A stretch of 64,000 nucleotides of DNA from Gammaproteobacteria bacterium (GTDB lineage: Bacteria > Pseudomonadota > Gammaproteobacteria > Eutrophobiales > Eutrophobiaceae). Position 1 is the first letter of the stretch, and every line of letters starts with the position of its first letter. Position numbers and translations under genes: made by a program. Below, piece by piece: positions 48,431-61,265 of this stretch. The notes under the pieces are model-generated. The model saw only the letters and a program-made list of their open reading frames with translations. It was not told where the DNA came from and searched no databases. The DNA lies in the NCBI GenBank assembly GCA_965215365.1, contig CBDCDS010000003.1:2176001-2240000 (forward strand). The letters run 5' to 3'.

Positions 48431-49453
48431 TTAATGTGAGATGACGGGAGACATTTCCCTTTCTTCATATAAGTCAGAGGGCGGCCAGACCTCCAGTCTC
48501 ATGCCCAACGTCAGGCCGCGGGAGGCCAATACATCCTTGATTTCCGTCAGAGATTTCTTGCCCAGGTTCGGAGTTTTCAACAACTCCATTTCCGTGCGCT
48601 GAATAAGGTCGCCGATATAGTAAATACTCTCTGCTTTCAGACAGTTTGCCGAACGCACCGTGAGTTCCAGATCATCGACCGGGCGCAACAGGATAGGATC
48701 GATGTCCGGTTCATTACTGGCGATTGGGGTTTCCTCGGTCTGCTCCGCCTCCAGATCAACAAAAATCGACAACTGGTTGCGCAGGATCAGCGCGGCTTCC
48801 TTGATGGCCTCTTCCGGATTGACGGTGCCATTCGTTTCCACCTCCAAGATCAACTTGTCCAGGTCGGTCTGCTGCTCTACACGAGTGCTTTGAACATCGT
48901 AGGAAACGCGTTTGATTGGACTGAACGAGGCATCCAGCTTCAACCGACCGATACTTTGTCCGACTTCATCGTCAGGATTGCCGACAACAACCGGTCGATA
49001 CCCGCGCCCGCGCTCAACCATGATATTCATGTTCAATTCGCAACCGGCCCGGGTAAGATGCGCGATCAGCTGGTCAGGATTGGCAATCTCCACGCCGTGG
49101 TCGAGCTTGATGTCGCTGGCCCGGACTTCACCCGGCCCGGCCTTGTTCAGGCTCAGGGTAACGTCGTCCCGGGCGTGCACGCTGATTGCCAGTTGCTTGA
49201 GGTTGAGCAGGATGTCGGTGACGTCTTCATGGACACCGTCAATGGTCGTATATTCATGGAGCACGCCGTCAATTTCCACCTCCGTGACTGCGCAGCCGGA
49301 CATGGATGACAACAACACCCGGCGCAAGGCATTGCCCAGAGTATGGCCAAAACCCCTGTTTAGCGGCTCTATGGTAATTTTTGCCATGGTCGCGTTGACG
49401 CTCTCCACGTCCACCCGGCGCGGCTTTAACAATTCACTGAATGTTGAGGGCAT
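48431..49453 (-). CDS. rpoA: RNA polymerase alpha subunit
   Basis: [35 protein letters not shown]. Confidence 0.99.
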   Translation of the reverse strand: MPSTFSELLKPRRVDVESVNATMAKITIEPLNRGFGHTLGNALRRVLLSSMSGCAVTEVEIDGVLHEYTTIDGVHEDVTDILLNLKQLAISVHARDDVTLSLNKAGPGEVRASDIKLDHGVEIANPDQLIAHLTRAGCELNMNIMVERGRGYRPVVVGNPDDEVGQSIGRLKLDASFSPIKRVSYDVQSTRVEQQTDLDKLILEVETNGTVNPEEAIKEAALILRNQLSIFVDLEAEQTEETPIASNEPDIDPILLRPVDDLELTVRSANCLKAESIYYIGDLIQRTEMELLKTPNLGKKSLTEIKDVLASRGLTLGMRLEVWPPSDLYEEREMSPVISH

Positions 49454-49474
49454 AAATAGGATTCCTCTGGCTGC

Positions 49475-50095
49475 TTATTTGGAATAAAGCTCCACCACTA
49501 ACTGTTCGTTGATATCCGAAGGTAACTCACTACGCTCGGGTGTGGATCTGAAGATCCCCACCTTTTTTTTGACGTCCACTTCGACCCATTCAGGAAACCC
49601 GATTTGTTCTGCCACGTTCAGGGCATCCTGGATACGCAGTTGTTGCTTGCTCTTTTCCCTGATCTCAACCTTGTCCTCAGGGCTGACCTGGTAAGACGGG
49701 ATATTGACTGACTGTCCGTTTACCAGTACTGATTTATGGCTCACCAACTGTCTGGCTTCGTTACGCGTACAACCAAACCCCATCCTGAATACCACGTTAT
49801 CCAGACGGCATTCCAGGATTTGCAGCAGGTTCTCGCCGGTTGAGCCTTTACGGCGCACCGCTTCCTGATAGTAGCGCCGGAACTGTTTTTCCAGCACACC
49901 GTAAATGCGCCGCAGTTTCTGCTTTTCCCGCAGTTGCACCGCATAGTCCGACAACCGCTTTGACCTGACCCCCTGCTCACCGGGGGGTTTGTCTATCTGA
50001 CATTTCGATTCAAGCGGACGGGCGCGGCTTTTCAGAAACAAATCCACGCCCTCGCGCCGACTCAGTCTGCATTTGGGACCCAGGTATCGAGCCAT
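49475..50095 (-). CDS. rpsD: 30S ribosomal protein S4
   Basis: [24 protein letters not shown]. Confidence 0.99.
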   Translation of the reverse strand: MARYLGPKCRLSRREGVDLFLKSRARPLESKCQIDKPPGEQGVRSKRLSDYAVQLREKQKLRRIYGVLEKQFRRYYQEAVRRKGSTGENLLQILECRLDNVVFRMGFGCTRNEARQLVSHKSVLVNGQSVNIPSYQVSPEDKVEIREKSKQQLRIQDALNVAEQIGFPEWVEVDVKKKVGIFRSTPERSELPSDINEQLVVELYSK

Positions 50096-50117
50096 ATCTC
50101 CTCCAGGTTCTGTCTGT

Positions 50118-50504
50118 TTATACCCGCCTTTTTTTCGGCGGGCGACAACCGTTATGCGGGATGGGAGTCACGTCGGTAATATTGGTAATTTTATAACCCA
50201 GCGCGTTCAATGCGCGCACCGCCGATTCCCGGCCCGGCCCCGGACCTTTGATATTCACGTCCAGGTTTTTCATGCCAAACTCTTTCACCACTTCACCCAC
50301 CTTCTGGGCGGCGATCTGCGCCGCAAACGGGGTGCTCTTGCGTGAGCCGCGAAACCCGCTACCGCCGGCGGTGGCCCAAGCCAGGGTATTCCCCTGCCGG
50401 TCGGTGATATTGATGATCGTGTTGTTGAAGGACGCATGCACATGCGCGATACCATCAACCACAGTTTTCTTGACCTTCTTTCTGGTACTTCTTGGTTTTG
50501 CCAT
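50118..50504 (-). CDS. rpsK: 30S ribosomal protein S11
   Basis: [32 protein letters not shown]. Confidence 0.98.
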   Translation of the reverse strand: MAKPRSTRKKVKKTVVDGIAHVHASFNNTIINITDRQGNTLAWATAGGSGFRGSRKSTPFAAQIAAQKVGEVVKEFGMKNLDVNIKGPGPGRESAVRALNALGYKITNITDVTPIPHNGCRPPKKRRV

Positions 50505-50520
50505 TGACCTTCTCGCAACG

Positions 50521-50877
50521 TTATTTCTTGATGAGGCGGCGCGGCCCCTTGCGGGTTCTTGCATTGGTGCGGGTACGCTGACCATGCAGGGGCAGCCCAC
50601 GCCGATGGCGGATCCCCCGATACGAACCCAAGTCCATCAGGCGTTTGATATTCATGGATATATCCCGACGTAAATCACCTTCCAGCTCATAGTTGGTGAC
50701 TTCCGCACGTAACTGGTCAAGCTGTTTTTCAGTGAGCGCCGATACCTTGACATGCGGCTCTATGCCCGTGGCGACACAAATCTTCCCGGCGGCGGTGCCG
50801 CCAATGCCATAGATATGAGTCAACGCAATGCGAACATGCTTTTGGTCCGGAATGTTTACACCTGCTATGCGAGCCAT
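50521..50877 (-). CDS. rpsM: 30S ribosomal protein S13
   Basis: [23 protein letters not shown]. Confidence 0.98.
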   Translation of the reverse strand: MARIAGVNIPDQKHVRIALTHIYGIGGTAAGKICVATGIEPHVKVSALTEKQLDQLRAEVTNYELEGDLRRDISMNIKRLMDLGSYRGIRHRRGLPLHGQRTRTNARTRKGPRRLIKK

Positions 50878-50914
50878 AAAATTTCTCTGTGGTTTGTTAG
50901 GTTGCTCGGCGCGC

Positions 50915-51028
50915 TCATCCCTGCCGTTGCTTGTGACGTGGGTCCGAACAGATGACCCGGACACGACCGCGCCGGCGGATAATGCGGCAGTTACGACAAA
51001 TCTTTTTTACTGAAGCCCTGACTTTCAT
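50915..51028 (-). CDS. rpmJ: 50S ribosomal protein L36 (Zn-binding form)
   Basis: Manual translation [37 protein letters not shown]. Confidence 0.97.
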   Translation of the reverse strand: MKVRASVKKICRNCRIIRRRGRVRVICSDPRHKQRQG

Positions 51029-51043
51029 TTTATTCTCTCGTTG

Positions 51044-52393
51044 CTATACACGCCGCCGCCCATGGCTCTTCAAATTAGCTTTTTTTAACGCCCCCTCATA
51101 CTGGTGCGACATGAGATGCGCCTGGATTTGCGCCATGAAATCCATGACAACCACTACGATAATCAACAATGACGTACCGCCGAAATAAAACGGCACGTTG
51201 TATTGCAGGATCAGGAACTCGGGCAACAGACATACAAACGTAATGTAAATAGCGCCCACCATAGTCAGTTTCGTCAGCACCCCATCCAGATAGCGGGCAG
51301 TCTGCTCTCCCGGTCGCATCCCGGGGATAAAGGCGCCCGATTTTTTCAGGTTGTCCGCAGTTTCCCTGGGGTCGAACACAACGGCGGTATAGAAAAAACA
51401 AAAGAAAATAATACCCGCCGCATAAAACGCGACATAGATGGGCTGGCCGGGTTGCAGCAGCACGGCCAGATCCTGCAGCCAGCGCATTTGCTGGGACTGG
51501 CCGGCCCAGCTTGCCAGTGTTCCCGGAAACAGGATCAGGCTGGAGGCAAATATCGGGGGGATGACGCCGGCCATATTCAATTTCAGGGGCAGGTGGCTGG
51601 ACTGGCCGGCATACATCTTCCGACCCACCTGACGCTGGGCATAGTTGACCGTGATGCGGCGCTGCCCTCGTTCTACGAAGACCACGAAGCCCGTCACGGC
51701 AACGGCCAGGGCAAACAAGGTAAATACCATGATCAAATGTAATTCTCCGGTACGGGACAACTCCAGGGTGCCGCCGATAGCAGCCGGCAAGCCGGCGACA
51801 ATACCGGCAAAAATAATCAGCGAGATGCCGTTACCCACGCCGCGTTCGGTGATTTGTTCACCCAGCCACATCAAAAACATAGTACCGGTTACCAGCGTAG
51901 TGACCGCAGTGATACGGAAACCGATGCCGGGGTCAAGCACCACCGAGCCGCCCAATACCTGCTGTCCTTCCAGCGCCAGCGACACGCCCAGAGCCTGAAA
52001 GGTGGCCAGCAGCACCGTGCCGTAACGGGTATATTGGGTGATCTTGCGTCGTCCCGCTTCACCTTCCCGCCGCAACTGTTTCAGACGCGGGTCAACAAAT
52101 GACAGTATCTGCATGATAATGGAGGCGGAAATGTAAGGCATGATGCCAAGCGCGACCACCGACAGGCGTTCCAGCGCGCCCCCGGAGAACATGTTGAACA
52201 TGTCCAGGATGGTGCCGCGTTGCTGCTCGAACAACTGTGCCAACGCATCCGGATTGATTCCCGGTACGGGAATGAAGGTACAGATACGGTAAACAAACAG
52301 GGCAAACAGCACAAACAGCAGGCGCCGGCGTAATTCCGTCACCTGGGTCAGTCCAGCCAGACCGCCCGGCACAGCAGGGTTTCTTGCCGCCAT
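51044..52393 (-). CDS. secY: Preprotein translocase subunit SecY
   Basis: [44 protein letters not shown]. Confidence 0.99.
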   Translation of the reverse strand: MAARNPAVPGGLAGLTQVTELRRRLLFVLFALFVYRICTFIPVPGINPDALAQLFEQQRGTILDMFNMFSGGALERLSVVALGIMPYISASIIMQILSFVDPRLKQLRREGEAGRRKITQYTRYGTVLLATFQALGVSLALEGQQVLGGSVVLDPGIGFRITAVTTLVTGTMFLMWLGEQITERGVGNGISLIIFAGIVAGLPAAIGGTLELSRTGELHLIMVFTLFALAVAVTGFVVFVERGQRRITVNYAQRQVGRKMYAGQSSHLPLKLNMAGVIPPIFASSLILFPGTLASWAGQSQQMRWLQDLAVLLQPGQPIYVAFYAAGIIFFCFFYTAVVFDPRETADNLKKSGAFIPGMRPGEQTARYLDGVLTKLTMVGAIYITFVCLLPEFLILQYNVPFYFGGTSLLIIVVVVMDFMAQIQAHLMSHQYEGALKKANLKSHGRRRV

Positions 52394-52404
52394 ACGTCAG
52401 CCCC

Positions 52405-52839
52405 CTACTGCTCGAACTTGCCGCCAGCCGACTCAATGGCAGCTCGCGCCCCTTTCGTTGCTCGCAGTCCCTTCACAGTCACCGCCCTGGCGATAGTTCC
52501 GCTGGCGATAATTTTGACCCGTTTTATTTTTTTTGAGATCAGACCGGCTTGCTGCAATACTTTCAAGTCGATAACGTCGGCAGCGACCTTTGCCAGCTCA
52601 TCCAGACGGACTTCATCGGTGACCCGGGCCAGGCAGGAGCGGAAACCCACCTTGGGCAGGCGGCGCTGCAAGGGCATCTGTCCGCCCTCGAAACCCACCT
52701 TGTGATAGCCGCCGGAGCGGGATTTCTGTCCCTTATGGCCGCGACCTGCGGTCTTGCCGTGTCCGGAACCGATACCGCGACCGACCCGTTTGGCTGCACG
52801 CCTGGCACCCTCGGCCGGCTTAATTGAGTTAAGTCTCAT
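52405..52839 (-). CDS. rplO: 50S ribosomal protein L15
   Basis: [24 protein letters not shown]; alternative start 52851. Confidence 0.98.
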   Translation of the reverse strand: MRLNSIKPAEGARRAAKRVGRGIGSGHGKTAGRGHKGQKSRSGGYHKVGFEGGQMPLQRRLPKVGFRSCLARVTDEVRLDELAKVAADVIDLKVLQQAGLISKKIKRVKIIASGTIARAVTVKGLRATKGARAAIESAGGKFEQ

Positions 52840-52840
52840 C

Positions 52841-53032
52841 TCAGGTTTCATCCACTGCCAGCAAATAGGCTACCTTGTTAATCATGCCACGGTTTTCCGC
52901 GGTGTCTGCAACCAGCACCGAATGACCGATACGGCGCAGCCCCAGCCCCGCCACACAGGCCTTGTGCTGTGCAGTCCTGCGGTTGATACTGCGTTTGAGT
53001 GTCACTTTGAGCTGTTTCTTTGCTGCTGCCAT
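52841..53032 (-). CDS. rpmD: 50S ribosomal protein L30
   Basis: [24 protein letters not shown]. Confidence 0.97.
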   Translation of the reverse strand: MAAAKKQLKVTLKRSINRRTAQHKACVAGLGLRRIGHSVLVADTAENRGMINKVAYLLAVDET

Positions 53033-53071
53033 CGTTACCATCCGTACCGTTATCTCACCATACCACCGCGC

Positions 53072-53578
53072 TCAGGTGCTGATTTCCTCAACCGATTTGC
53101 CGCGCTTTGCCGCAAAGTATTCAGGGGCGGCGATTGATTGCAGACCTTTCATGGTCGAACGCACCACGTTAATCGGATTGGTCGAACCGGTGCATTTGGC
53201 CAGTACGTTCTGCACGCCGGCACATTCAAATACCGCCCGCATGGCACCGCCGGCGATAATGCCAGTGCCCTCGGAAGCAGGCTGCATATAGACCTGAGCC
53301 GCGCCGTGTCTTGCCGTTACCGCATAGTGCAGGGTATCGCCCTTAAGCGGCACGCTAACCATATTCCGGCGCGCTTTTTCCATCGCCTTCTGTATTGCCA
53401 CAGGCACTTCACGCGCCTTGCCGCGCCCGAAACCGACTTTGCCATTACCATCACCGACGACGGTCAGCGCGGTGAAACCAAAAATACGCCCCCCCTTAAC
53501 GACCTTGGCCACCCGGTTGACTGCAACCAGTTTTTCCAGTAAGTCTTCGTTACCGGTAATTGAATCTGTTAATGCCAT
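53072..53578 (-). CDS. rpsE: 30S ribosomal protein S5
   Basis: [19 protein letters not shown]. Confidence 0.98.
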   Translation of the reverse strand: MALTDSITGNEDLLEKLVAVNRVAKVVKGGRIFGFTALTVVGDGNGKVGFGRGKAREVPVAIQKAMEKARRNMVSVPLKGDTLHYAVTARHGAAQVYMQPASEGTGIIAGGAMRAVFECAGVQNVLAKCTGSTNPINVVRSTMKGLQSIAAPEYFAAKRGKSVEEIST

Positions 53579-53650
53579 ATTGCTTTTGTCTCCTCGCGGC
53601 CCGGACCCGGCTCCATAGTTGAGACGGGGACGAACTTGTTCAGAGCCTCA

Positions 53651-54004
53651 CTAAAATTTCATACCCTGCGCCCTGGCTGCATCCGCCAGCGCTTTTATTC
53701 TGCCGTGGAACCTGAACCCGGAACGGTCAAAGGCAACGGTGGAAATACCGGCCTTCAGGGCGCGTTCGGCCACCACCTGGCCTACTATCCCGGCGGCTTC
53801 CTTATTGCCGCCGTTGTTAATCCTGCCGCGTACTTCCTTGTCGAGAGTGGAGGCACTGGCCAGCACTTGCGCGCCACCGGCGGCGATGACCTGCGCATAA
53901 ATGTGCCGTGGAGTACGGAATACGCACAAGCGACTGACGCCCTGTGCCCTGATGCGCATGCGGGCTTTAACTGCCCTTCTCAATCTTGCGGTCTTCTTTT
54001 TCAT
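53651..54004 (-). CDS. rplR: 50S ribosomal protein L18
   Basis: [25 protein letters not shown]. Confidence 0.98.
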   Translation of the reverse strand: MKKKTARLRRAVKARMRIRAQGVSRLCVFRTPRHIYAQVIAAGGAQVLASASTLDKEVRGRINNGGNKEAAGIVGQVVAERALKAGISTVAFDRSGFRFHGRIKALADAARAQGMKF

Positions 54005-54018
54005 GGCAATCAACCCGG

Positions 54019-54552
54019 TCAGGCTTTCTTCGCTTCCTTACGCAGGACTTGTTCATCGGCATAGCGCACGCCTTTACCTTTGTAGGGTTCGGGCGGCCGG
54101 TAATTACGAATATCGGCGGCCACTTGTCCGACCTGCTGCTTGTCTGCGCCCCTGACAATAATCTGTGTCTGGCTGGGGGTCTCGACGGTAACGCCGTCAG
54201 GAACAGCCAGCTGCACCGGGTGCGAGAAACCCAGCGCCAGCTCGATGCCGGCGGGCTGCGCCTGCGCCCGGTAACCCACCCCGATAATTTCCAGCGTGAT
54301 CTCGAAACCTTCAGACACGCCGGTGACCATATTTTGCAGTATTGCCCTGGTGGTGCCAGCCATCGCCCGGGCCGATTTGGAATTATTCCTTGCCGAGAAC
54401 CTGAGTAACTCGCCGTCCCGGTCCATACTCACCAACGCATGGAGCTGATGCGTCAGTTCGCCTTTGCCCCCCTTAACCTGAACCTGCGCGCCGCGCACAT
54501 CAACCTCGACGCCGCCGGGAACAGTGACCGGATTGTTGGCTATTCTCGACAT
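54019..54552 (-). CDS. rplF: 50S ribosomal protein L6
   Basis: [20 protein letters not shown]. Confidence 0.98.
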   Translation of the reverse strand: MSRIANNPVTVPGGVEVDVRGAQVQVKGGKGELTHQLHALVSMDRDGELLRFSARNNSKSARAMAGTTRAILQNMVTGVSEGFEITLEIIGVGYRAQAQPAGIELALGFSHPVQLAVPDGVTVETPSQTQIIVRGADKQQVGQVAADIRNYRPPEPYKGKGVRYADEQVLRKEAKKA

Positions 54553-54570
54553 AACTTGTTCCGCCCTGCC

Positions 54571-54966
54571 CTACGCCACAATACAAATAATCTCGCCGCC
54601 AATGCCAAGTTGTCTGGCGCTGCGATCGGTCATGACACCCCTGGAAGTAGAGACGATGGCTGTGCCCAGCCCGCCATATACCCGAGGTAATTTGTTGGTC
54701 GGGCTGTAGCGGCGCAGTCCGGGTGAACTGATACGCTTTAGCAACTCAATAACCGGCTTGCCTTCAAAATACTTCAACCTGATAGTCAACACCGGCTTCA
54801 CCTTGTCTTCACTGACACTGTAGTCTTTGATATAACCTTCCTGCTGAAGGATTTCAGCCACTGCGATTTTCAACTTCGATGAAGGCATACCGACTTCCTG
54901 CTTCATTCGTTGCTGGCCGTTGCGAACCCGTGTCAGCATGTCCGCGATTTGATCTTGTAAACTCAT
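54571..54966 (-). CDS. rpsH: 30S ribosomal protein S8
   Basis: [23 protein letters not shown]. Confidence 0.98.
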   Translation of the reverse strand: MSLQDQIADMLTRVRNGQQRMKQEVGMPSSKLKIAVAEILQQEGYIKDYSVSEDKVKPVLTIRLKYFEGKPVIELLKRISSPGLRRYSPTNKLPRVYGGLGTAIVSTSRGVMTDRSARQLGIGGEIICIVA

Positions 54967-55006
54967 ATTACTCTTGCTCGTAACTCTTGCTCATAATGCG
55001 CGCCGT

Positions 55007-55312
55007 TCACCAACTCGCCTTGACCAGGCCCGGTATGTCTCCGCGCATGGCCGCCTCGCGCAACTTGTTCCGGCCCAGGCCAAACTTCCGGTAGTAGCCA
55101 TTCGGTCGCCCGGTCTGGCTGCACCGATTCCGCAGCCGCGACGGGCTGGAATCTCTGGGCATCTTGTTCAATTTAATCCGCGCCTCTTTACGCACTTCCG
55201 GGGCTAACGACATGTCTTTGATAATACGTCTTAATTCATCCCGTTTGTCAGCATATTTTGCAACTAGCCGCGCCCTTTTCCGCTCCCGGTTTACCATTGA
55301 TTGCTTTGCCAT
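55007..55312 (-). CDS. rpsN: 30S ribosomal protein S14 (long, Zn-independent form)
   Basis: [21 protein letters not shown]. Confidence 0.98.
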   Translation of the reverse strand: MAKQSMVNRERKRARLVAKYADKRDELRRIIKDMSLAPEVRKEARIKLNKMPRDSSPSRLRNRCSQTGRPNGYYRKFGLGRNKLREAAMRGDIPGLVKASW

Positions 55313-55327
55313 AACTGTTGTTCTCCG

Positions 55328-55867
55328 TTACCCGCGCAGCGGAAAATTGAAGGACTGCAATAACGCTTTTGCTTCTTCATCCGTTTTTGCCGAGGTCGTG
55401 ATTGTTACGTCAAGACCACGTAACGTGTCGATTTTATCGTAGTCGATTTCGGGAAAAATAATCTGTTCCTTAATCCCCATGCTGTAATTGCCGCGCCCGT
55501 CAAATGAACGCGGATTAAGGCCGCGAAAATCCCTGATCCTGGGAATTGCAATACTGATCAACCGATCTAGGAACTCATACATGCGTTCACGTCGCAGGGT
55601 CACCATACAGCCATTGGGAAAGCCCTTCCTGACCTTGAAGTTCGCCACAGATTTTCTGGCCTTGATCAGGATCGGTTTCTGACCGGCGATGCGGGCCATA
55701 TCATCCAGCGCGTGTTCTATCATTTTCTTATCGGACATGGCCTTGCCCAGCCCCATGTTCAAGGTAATTTTAGTGACCTTCGGCGCCTGCATCACCGATT
55801 GGTAGCTGAACTTTTCCATCAGTTGCGGCAGCACCGCAGTCCGGTAATGTTCCTGTAATCTGGCCAT
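55328..55867 (-). CDS. rplE: 50S ribosomal protein L5
   Basis: [23 protein letters not shown]. Confidence 0.98.
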   Translation of the reverse strand: MARLQEHYRTAVLPQLMEKFSYQSVMQAPKVTKITLNMGLGKAMSDKKMIEHALDDMARIAGQKPILIKARKSVANFKVRKGFPNGCMVTLRRERMYEFLDRLISIAIPRIRDFRGLNPRSFDGRGNYSMGIKEQIIFPEIDYDKIDTLRGLDVTITTSAKTDEEAKALLQSFNFPLRG

Positions 55868-56187
55868 CAGACATCAACCACTTCGTTATTGGATTTGAAA
55901 TAACGCACCTTGCGACCGTCTTCCAGAAAGCGAAAGCCGACGCGATCCGGCCTGTTGGCCACGGAATTCCACAGTGCCACGTTGGAAATTGCAAACGGCA
56001 TCTCCTTCTCGATGATCCCGCCGGGCGTTCCCCGCATGGGATTGCCCTTGGTGTGGCGCTTGACCATATTGATATTTTCCACCATCACCTTGTGCTTTTC
56101 CCGATCGATTTTCAGCACTACGCCGCGCTTGCCTTTATCCTTGCCGGCAATCACTACGACTTCGTCACCTTTGCGTATCCTGTTCAT
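55867..56187 (-). CDS. rplX: 50S ribosomal protein L24
   Basis: [15 protein letters not shown]. Confidence 0.98.
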   Translation of the reverse strand: MNRIRKGDEVVVIAGKDKGKRGVVLKIDREKHKVMVENINMVKRHTKGNPMRGTPGGIIEKEMPFAISNVALWNSVANRPDRVGFRFLEDGRKVRYFKSNNEVVDV

Positions 56188-56201
56188 AAGCGGCGCCGCG
56201 G

Positions 56202-56570
56202 CTACAGCACCTCGGGAGCAAGAGAGACTATTTTCATAAAATTCTCGCTCCTGAGTTCACGGGTAACCGGACCGAAGATGCGGGTACCGATGGGTTGTAA
56301 CTGGTTATTGAGCAACACTGCGGCGTTGCCGTCGAAGCGAATCAGGGAACCGTCCGACCGCCTCACTCCCTTTCTGGTGCGCACTACCACTGCGTTGTAA
56401 AGCTCGCCTTTTTTGACCTTGCTTCTGGGAATAGCTTCCTTGACACTGACTTTTATCACGTCGCCAATCCTCGCATAGCGTCGCTTCGAACCACCCAGGA
56501 CTTTCACACACAAGAGACGCCGCGCGCCACTGTTGTCTGCGGCACCCAACACTGTCTGCATCTGTATCAT
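56202..56570 (-). CDS. rplN: 50S ribosomal protein L14
   Basis: [21 protein letters not shown]. Confidence 0.98.
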   Translation of the reverse strand: MIQMQTVLGAADNSGARRLLCVKVLGGSKRRYARIGDVIKVSVKEAIPRSKVKKGELYNAVVVRTRKGVRRSDGSLIRFDGNAAVLLNNQLQPIGTRIFGPVTRELRSENFMKIVSLAPEVL

Positions 56571-56592
56571 GATTCTGCTCTGGACGCTCTGT

Positions 56593-56859
56593 TCACACGT
56601 TCTGGGCTTTGCTGACAACACTGTGCAAGCGCCAGGCCTTATTCTTTGAAACAGGCCGGGATGCTTCGATAATCACCGTATCGCCTATGTTGCACTCGTT
56701 GTTTTCATCATGGGCAAGCAACCTGGTGGTGCGCCGGATATATTTTCCGTACAGCGGATGCTTTACGGTGCGCTGGATTGTGACCGCAATCGACTTGTCC
56801 ATCTTGTTGCTCACCACGGTCCCGGTCAGGGACCTGACTGTTTTGGCAGATTCACCCAT
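56593..56859 (-). CDS. rpsQ: 30S ribosomal protein S17
   Basis: [17 protein letters not shown]. Confidence 0.98.
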   Translation of the reverse strand: MGESAKTVRSLTGTVVSNKMDKSIAVTIQRTVKHPLYGKYIRRTTRLLAHDENNECNIGDTVIIEASRPVSKNKAWRLHSVVSKAQNV

Positions 56860-57049
56860 CTTGTTTCGCCTTCTCGCTTAGTACCGTCTTAATCCTGGCA
56901 ATTTCCCGACGCAGCAGCTTGAAGCGACCGGGGTTGCCAAGCTGGCCGGAGCCTTTCTGCATACGCAGGTTGAACTGCTCGCGCAGCAACTCCAGCAGCA
57001 GTGCCTGCAGCTCAGCGGGTTTTCTGGCTCTCAGTTCCGCGGCCTTCAT
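56852..57049 (-). CDS. rpmC: 50S ribosomal protein L29
   Basis: [17 protein letters not shown]. Confidence 0.97.
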   Translation of the reverse strand: MKAAELRARKPAELQALLLELLREQFNLRMQKGSGQLGNPGRFKLLRREIARIKTVLSEKAKQDG

Positions 57050-57462
57050 CACAAAATCGTCCTGCCCACGAATACGGTCTTGACCGGCAATTTTGCCGCA
57101 GCCAGCCTGAATGCGTCGCGCGCCAGATCTTCCGCCACTCCTTCAATTTCGTACAACATTTTGCCCGGCTGGATCACGGAGACCCAGTACTCGACATTGC
57201 CCTTACCTTTGCCCTGCCGCACTTCCAGCGGCTTCGTGGTAATGGGCTTGTCGGGAAAAATGCGGATCCAGACCTTGCCGCCGCGCTTGATCTTGCGGGT
57301 GATCGTCCTGCGGGCGGCTTCTATCTGACGTGCGGTAATGCGCCCCCGGGTTGTGGCCTTCAAGCCGAACTCGCCGAAACTGACTTTGTTGCCGTTATTG
57401 GCCAGCCCGCGATTCCTGCCCTTGCTCTGCTTCCTGAATTTGGTTCGTTTCGGTTGCAACAT
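57049..57462 (-). CDS. rplP: 50S ribosomal protein L16
   Basis: [18 protein letters not shown]. Confidence 0.98.
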   Translation of the reverse strand: MLQPKRTKFRKQSKGRNRGLANNGNKVSFGEFGLKATTRGRITARQIEAARRTITRKIKRGGKVWIRIFPDKPITTKPLEVRQGKGKGNVEYWVSVIQPGKMLYEIEGVAEDLARDAFRLAAAKLPVKTVFVGRTIL

Positions 57463-57466
57463 CGGC

Positions 57467-58138
57467 TTATGCTCCGCTCACTGGCGCCTCGTCCTCAGTC
57501 CGCTCATTGACATTAAACACCTCGCCCTTGAAGATCCAGACTTTCACGCCGATAACACCGTAAGTTGTATTCGAGTTGGCCGTGCCATAATCGATGTCCG
57601 CGCGCAAGGTATGCAAGGGCACCCGGCCTTCCCGATACCATTCGGAGCGGGCAATCTCAGCGCCGTTCAAACGACCGCTGACATGGATTTTTATACCCAA
57701 AGCACCGAGGCGCATGGTATTGGTTACCGCCCGCTTCATGGCGCGCCGGAACATAATTTTGCGTTCAATTTGCTGGGCCACGCTTTCCGCCACCAGATTT
57801 GCGTCAAGCTCGGGCTTTCTGATTTCCTGCACGCTGACCTTGGCCCTAATGCCCATCATGCCAGAAACTTCCTGACTCAGACGTTCGATGTCCTCGCCTT
57901 TCTTACCAATAACAATACCTGGTCTGGCACTGTGGATGATGACCTTTATTTCGTTTGGCGGACGCTCAATCTGGATCCGGCTGACCGAGGCATTGGCCAG
58001 CTTTTTTCTCAGAAATTCACGCACTTTCAGGTCCGTATTCAAATATTCGGCATAGTGTTTGGTATCGGCATACCAGGTTGAGGTCCAATCCTTGATGATA
58101 CCGATACGTATCCCCGTCGGATGTACTTTCTGTCCCAT
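57467..58138 (-). CDS. rpsC: 30S ribosomal protein S3
   Basis: [21 protein letters not shown]. Confidence 0.99.
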   Translation of the reverse strand: MGQKVHPTGIRIGIIKDWTSTWYADTKHYAEYLNTDLKVREFLRKKLANASVSRIQIERPPNEIKVIIHSARPGIVIGKKGEDIERLSQEVSGMMGIRAKVSVQEIRKPELDANLVAESVAQQIERKIMFRRAMKRAVTNTMRLGALGIKIHVSGRLNGAEIARSEWYREGRVPLHTLRADIDYGTANSNTTYGVIGVKVWIFKGEVFNVNERTEDEAPVSGA

Positions 58139-58144
58139 GGTGTA

Positions 58145-58480
58145 TTACTCTGTGGTCTCTGTGACCGTGATGTTCAGGTGGCAGGTGCGTTTGAAAATCC
58201 GGTCGGCGCGCCCCCGGGCCCGGGTACGTAAGCGTTTATGCTTGGGCCCCTGATCCACGGTGATGGCACTGATTTTCAGCTCGTCTATATCGGCAGCGTC
58301 GTTGTGCTCGGCGTTTGCTATCGCCGATTCCAGTACTTTTTTGACGATACCGGCAGCCTTTTTGTTGCTGTAAGTCAGAATGTTTATGGCGCGCTCCACC
58401 GGCAACCCACGCACCTGGTCGGCAACCAGTCGCACTTTCTGGGGTGCCATACGCACATATTTAAGACACGCGGTGGTCAT
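58145..58480 (-). CDS. rplV: 50S ribosomal protein L22
   Basis: [26 protein letters not shown]. Confidence 0.98.
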   Translation of the reverse strand: MTTACLKYVRMAPQKVRLVADQVRGLPVERAINILTYSNKKAAGIVKKVLESAIANAEHNDAADIDELKISAITVDQGPKHKRLRTRARGRADRIFKRTCHLNITVTETTE

Positions 58481-58489
58481 ATCACACTG

Positions 58490-58765
58490 TTACTTCGAGG
58501 TCTTTTTATCTGCGGAATGACCGCGGAAGGTGCGGGTCATGGCAAACTCGCCCAATTTGTGCCCGACCATGTTCTCGGTAATAAACACCGGCACGTGGTC
58601 GCGGCCGTTATGTACCGATAGGGTCAAGCCAACCATATCCGGTACGATCATGGACCTTCTCGACCAGGTCTTGATCGGGCGCTTGTCATTATTCTGACGC
58701 GCGGTTTCGACCTTTTTCAGCAAGTGATGGTCTATGAACGGGCCTTTTTTAATCGAACGCGGCAT
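58490..58765 (-). CDS. rpsS: 30S ribosomal protein S19
   Basis: [19 protein letters not shown]. Confidence 0.98.
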   Translation of the reverse strand: MPRSIKKGPFIDHHLLKKVETARQNNDKRPIKTWSRRSMIVPDMVGLTLSVHNGRDHVPVFITENMVGHKLGEFAMTRTFRGHSADKKTSK

Positions 58766-59589
58766 CAGTTTTTCCGTTTGCGAATAATCATGTTGTCGGT
58801 ACGCTTGTTCTTCCTGGTTTTGTAACCCTTGGTCGGATAACCCCAAGGGGTGGATGGATGTCGCCCGCCTGAGGAACGCCCTTCGCCACCGCCATGGGGA
58901 TGATCGACCGGATTCATGGCCACCCCACGCACCGTAGGCCGGACCCCGCGCCAGCGCTTGGCGCCGGCCTTGCCCAGTTTTTGCAACGAGTGTTCAACGT
59001 TGCTCACCTCACCGATGGTGGCGCGGCAATCCAACGGCACCTTTCTCATTTCACCCGAACGCAAACGCAAGGTGGCATGGGCGCCTTCGCGCGCCACCAG
59101 TTGCACACCGGTGCCGGCACTACGAGCCAACTGCGCGCCCTTGCCCGGCTTGAATTCTACACAATGGACGATTGTTCCTACGGGAATATTGCGCAACGCC
59201 AAGCAGTTCCCAGGCGCAATCTCGGCGCGCGTCCCGGACATCAAACGGGCGCCGGCCTTGACGCCGGCCGGGGCAATGATATAGCGGCGCTCGCCGTCCT
59301 CGTAACACAGCAGGGCTATGTGGGCGGTGCGATTCGGATCGTACTCAAGCCGCTCCACCCGGGCCTGTATCCCATCCTTGTCCCGCTTGAAATCAATAAT
59401 GCGGTAGCGCTGTTTGGCGCCGCCGCCCCTATGTCTTACGGTAATCCTGCCGCGATTGTTGCGCCCCGCATTTTGTCCCTGCTTTTCCACCAGCGGGTTG
59501 TGCGGACCGCCTTTGTGCAAGTCCGGGCTGACTACCTTGACCATGCCCCGGCGACCGGGCGAGGTGGGTTTTGGTTTAATCAAAGGCAT
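58765..59589 (-). CDS. rplB: 50S ribosomal protein L2
   Basis: [21 protein letters not shown]. Confidence 0.99.
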   Translation of the reverse strand: MPLIKPKPTSPGRRGMVKVVSPDLHKGGPHNPLVEKQGQNAGRNNRGRITVRHRGGGAKQRYRIIDFKRDKDGIQARVERLEYDPNRTAHIALLCYEDGERRYIIAPAGVKAGARLMSGTRAEIAPGNCLALRNIPVGTIVHCVEFKPGKGAQLARSAGTGVQLVAREGAHATLRLRSGEMRKVPLDCRATIGEVSNVEHSLQKLGKAGAKRWRGVRPTVRGVAMNPVDHPHGGGEGRSSGGRHPSTPWGYPTKGYKTRKNKRTDNMIIRKRKN

Positions 59590-59602
59590 CTGTTCAGGTT
59601 CC

Positions 59603-59896
59603 TCAAGCACCACCGAAATCAATATCAAAGCCGGGTTTCAGCTTCACGTAGGCCTTCTTCCAATCCGAACGTTTGCCCGGGGCGCGCCGGAACATCTTGT
59701 TCTTGCCAGGCACATTCAGCACTTGCACCGACTCAACCTCGACTTCAAACATTTTCTCCACCGCTTGCCTGATCTCAGGCTTGCTGGCATCGCGCACCAC
59801 CTTAAACACGAACTGGCGGTGCTGGTCGGCGGCCGCTGTGCTTTTTTCCGTCACCCGCGGTGCCAGCAACACTTTCGCTAACTTCTCGTCATTCAT
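59603..59896 (-). CDS. rplW: 50S ribosomal protein L23
   Basis: [15 protein letters not shown]. Confidence 0.98.
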   Translation of the reverse strand: MNDEKLAKVLLAPRVTEKSTAAADQHRQFVFKVVRDASKPEIRQAVEKMFEVEVESVQVLNVPGKNKMFRRAPGKRSDWKKAYVKLKPGFDIDFGGA

Positions 59897-60578
59897 CGTC
59901 CGCTCGCTCCGGTTCTGCCGCGGGTGTCGCTACGGCTTCATCCGCTTTGTCTGCGGTGCCGCGACCTAGCCACTGCTGCACGTGTACCAACGCGTCCGCA
60001 GTGATCAGTACCCGGTCAAAGCCAACCAGCGAATAGGGCTCAATCTCCCGGGTATTGATAACAGCCACTCGCGTCAGGTTGCGCGTCGCCAGACGCAACT
60101 CGTCGCTGATGGTATCGGTAATAATCAATACTTCTTCAAGCCCAAGCCCTGCCAGCAACTGCAACGCGACTTTTGTCTTCGCCTCGCCGACAGTCAACTG
60201 ATCGATACACAACAACCGTTCCTGACGCACTAACTCCGAGAAAATCGAGCGCAGCGCGCCGCGATACATCTTCTTGTTTATTTTTCTAACAAACGTGCGC
60301 TCATTGTTCGGGAACGTCACGCCGCCGCCACGCCACAGCGGGCCGCGGGTGGTGCCGGCGCGGGCGCGCCCTAAGCCTTTTTGACGCCAGGGTTTTTTGC
60401 CGCCGCCGCGCACCGCGGCGCGGTTTTTCAGTAACCGGGATGCGGACCTGCCCGTTGACAGGTAACAGGTCAACACCTGGTGTACCAACGCTTCGTTGTA
60501 CTCCACGGCAAACACCTCGTCGGCAACCGTGACCTGTCCCGCCCGTTTATCCCCGGCTTTATGCAGCGCTAATTCCAC
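59889..60578 (-). CDS. rplD: 50S ribosomal protein L4
   Basis: KPWRQKGLGRARAG, KINKKMYR; GTG start. Confidence 0.97.
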   Translation of the reverse strand: MELALHKAGDKRAGQVTVADEVFAVEYNEALVHQVLTCYLSTGRSASRLLKNRAAVRGGGKKPWRQKGLGRARAGTTRGPLWRGGGVTFPNNERTFVRKINKKMYRGALRSIFSELVRQERLLCIDQLTVGEAKTKVALQLLAGLGLEEVLIITDTISDELRLATRNLTRVAVINTREIEPYSLVGFDRVLITADALVHVQQWLGRGTADKADEAVATPAAEPERADDE

Positions 60579-60594
60579 GGTATAGCTCCAGGGT

Positions 60595-61236
60595 TCAGCT
60601 CGACTTCAACGCCGGCCGGATGATCAGCGTCCCGCCGGCAGCGCCCGGGACGGAACCCTTGACCAGCACCAGATTCCGGTCTGTATCAACCTTGATAACT
60701 TCAAGGTTTTGCGCTGTCTGTGTGACGTTACCCATGTGTCCGGCCATTTTCTTACCCCGGAAAACACGGCCGGGGGACTGATTCTGGCCTATTGAGCCAG
60801 GCGCCCGGTGGGCGCGGGAATTACCATGGCTGTTACGCTGACCGCTGAAATTATGCCGTTTTATGGCACCGGCAAAGCCCTTGCCAATGGTCTTGCCGCT
60901 CACGTCCACCTTCTGTCCGGCTGCGAAGATGCTTACGGTAATTTCCGAACCTGCTGCCAGCTCGCCGAACTCGTTGTCATTGAGCCGAAACTCATGCAGT
61001 CCCTCGGCAGCCTCGACGCCAACCCGGGCCAGCGTCCCCGCCAGTGGCCGGCTGATCAGGTTGCGCCGCTTGCTACCGTAAGCGACCTGCACGGCGCAAT
61101 AGCCACGCTGCTCGGCAGTGGCCAGGGCGGTCACCCGGTTGGGAACGGCTTCAATAACCGTTACCGGCACCGACTGACCGGTGTCGGTGAAGACCCGGGA
61201 CATACCCCGCTTTTTGCCCACAATGCCGATTGCCAT
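60595..61236 (-). CDS. rplC: 50S ribosomal protein L3
   Basis: GKGFAG, HRAPGSIG, GKKMAGHMG. Confidence 0.98.
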   Translation of the reverse strand: MAIGIVGKKRGMSRVFTDTGQSVPVTVIEAVPNRVTALATAEQRGYCAVQVAYGSKRRNLISRPLAGTLARVGVEAAEGLHEFRLNDNEFGELAAGSEITVSIFAAGQKVDVSGKTIGKGFAGAIKRHNFSGQRNSHGNSRAHRAPGSIGQNQSPGRVFRGKKMAGHMGNVTQTAQNLEVIKVDTDRNLVLVKGSVPGAAGGTLIIRPALKSS

Positions 61237-61265
61237 ACTCTTGCCCCGTTGCCGACCTGCGCGCA

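Noticed and set aside
59889-59970. RplD acidic C-terminal extension (TADKADEA) as another GCAGAT insertion
   Set aside because: The match to the arm is too weak, and low-complexity tails are common on L4.
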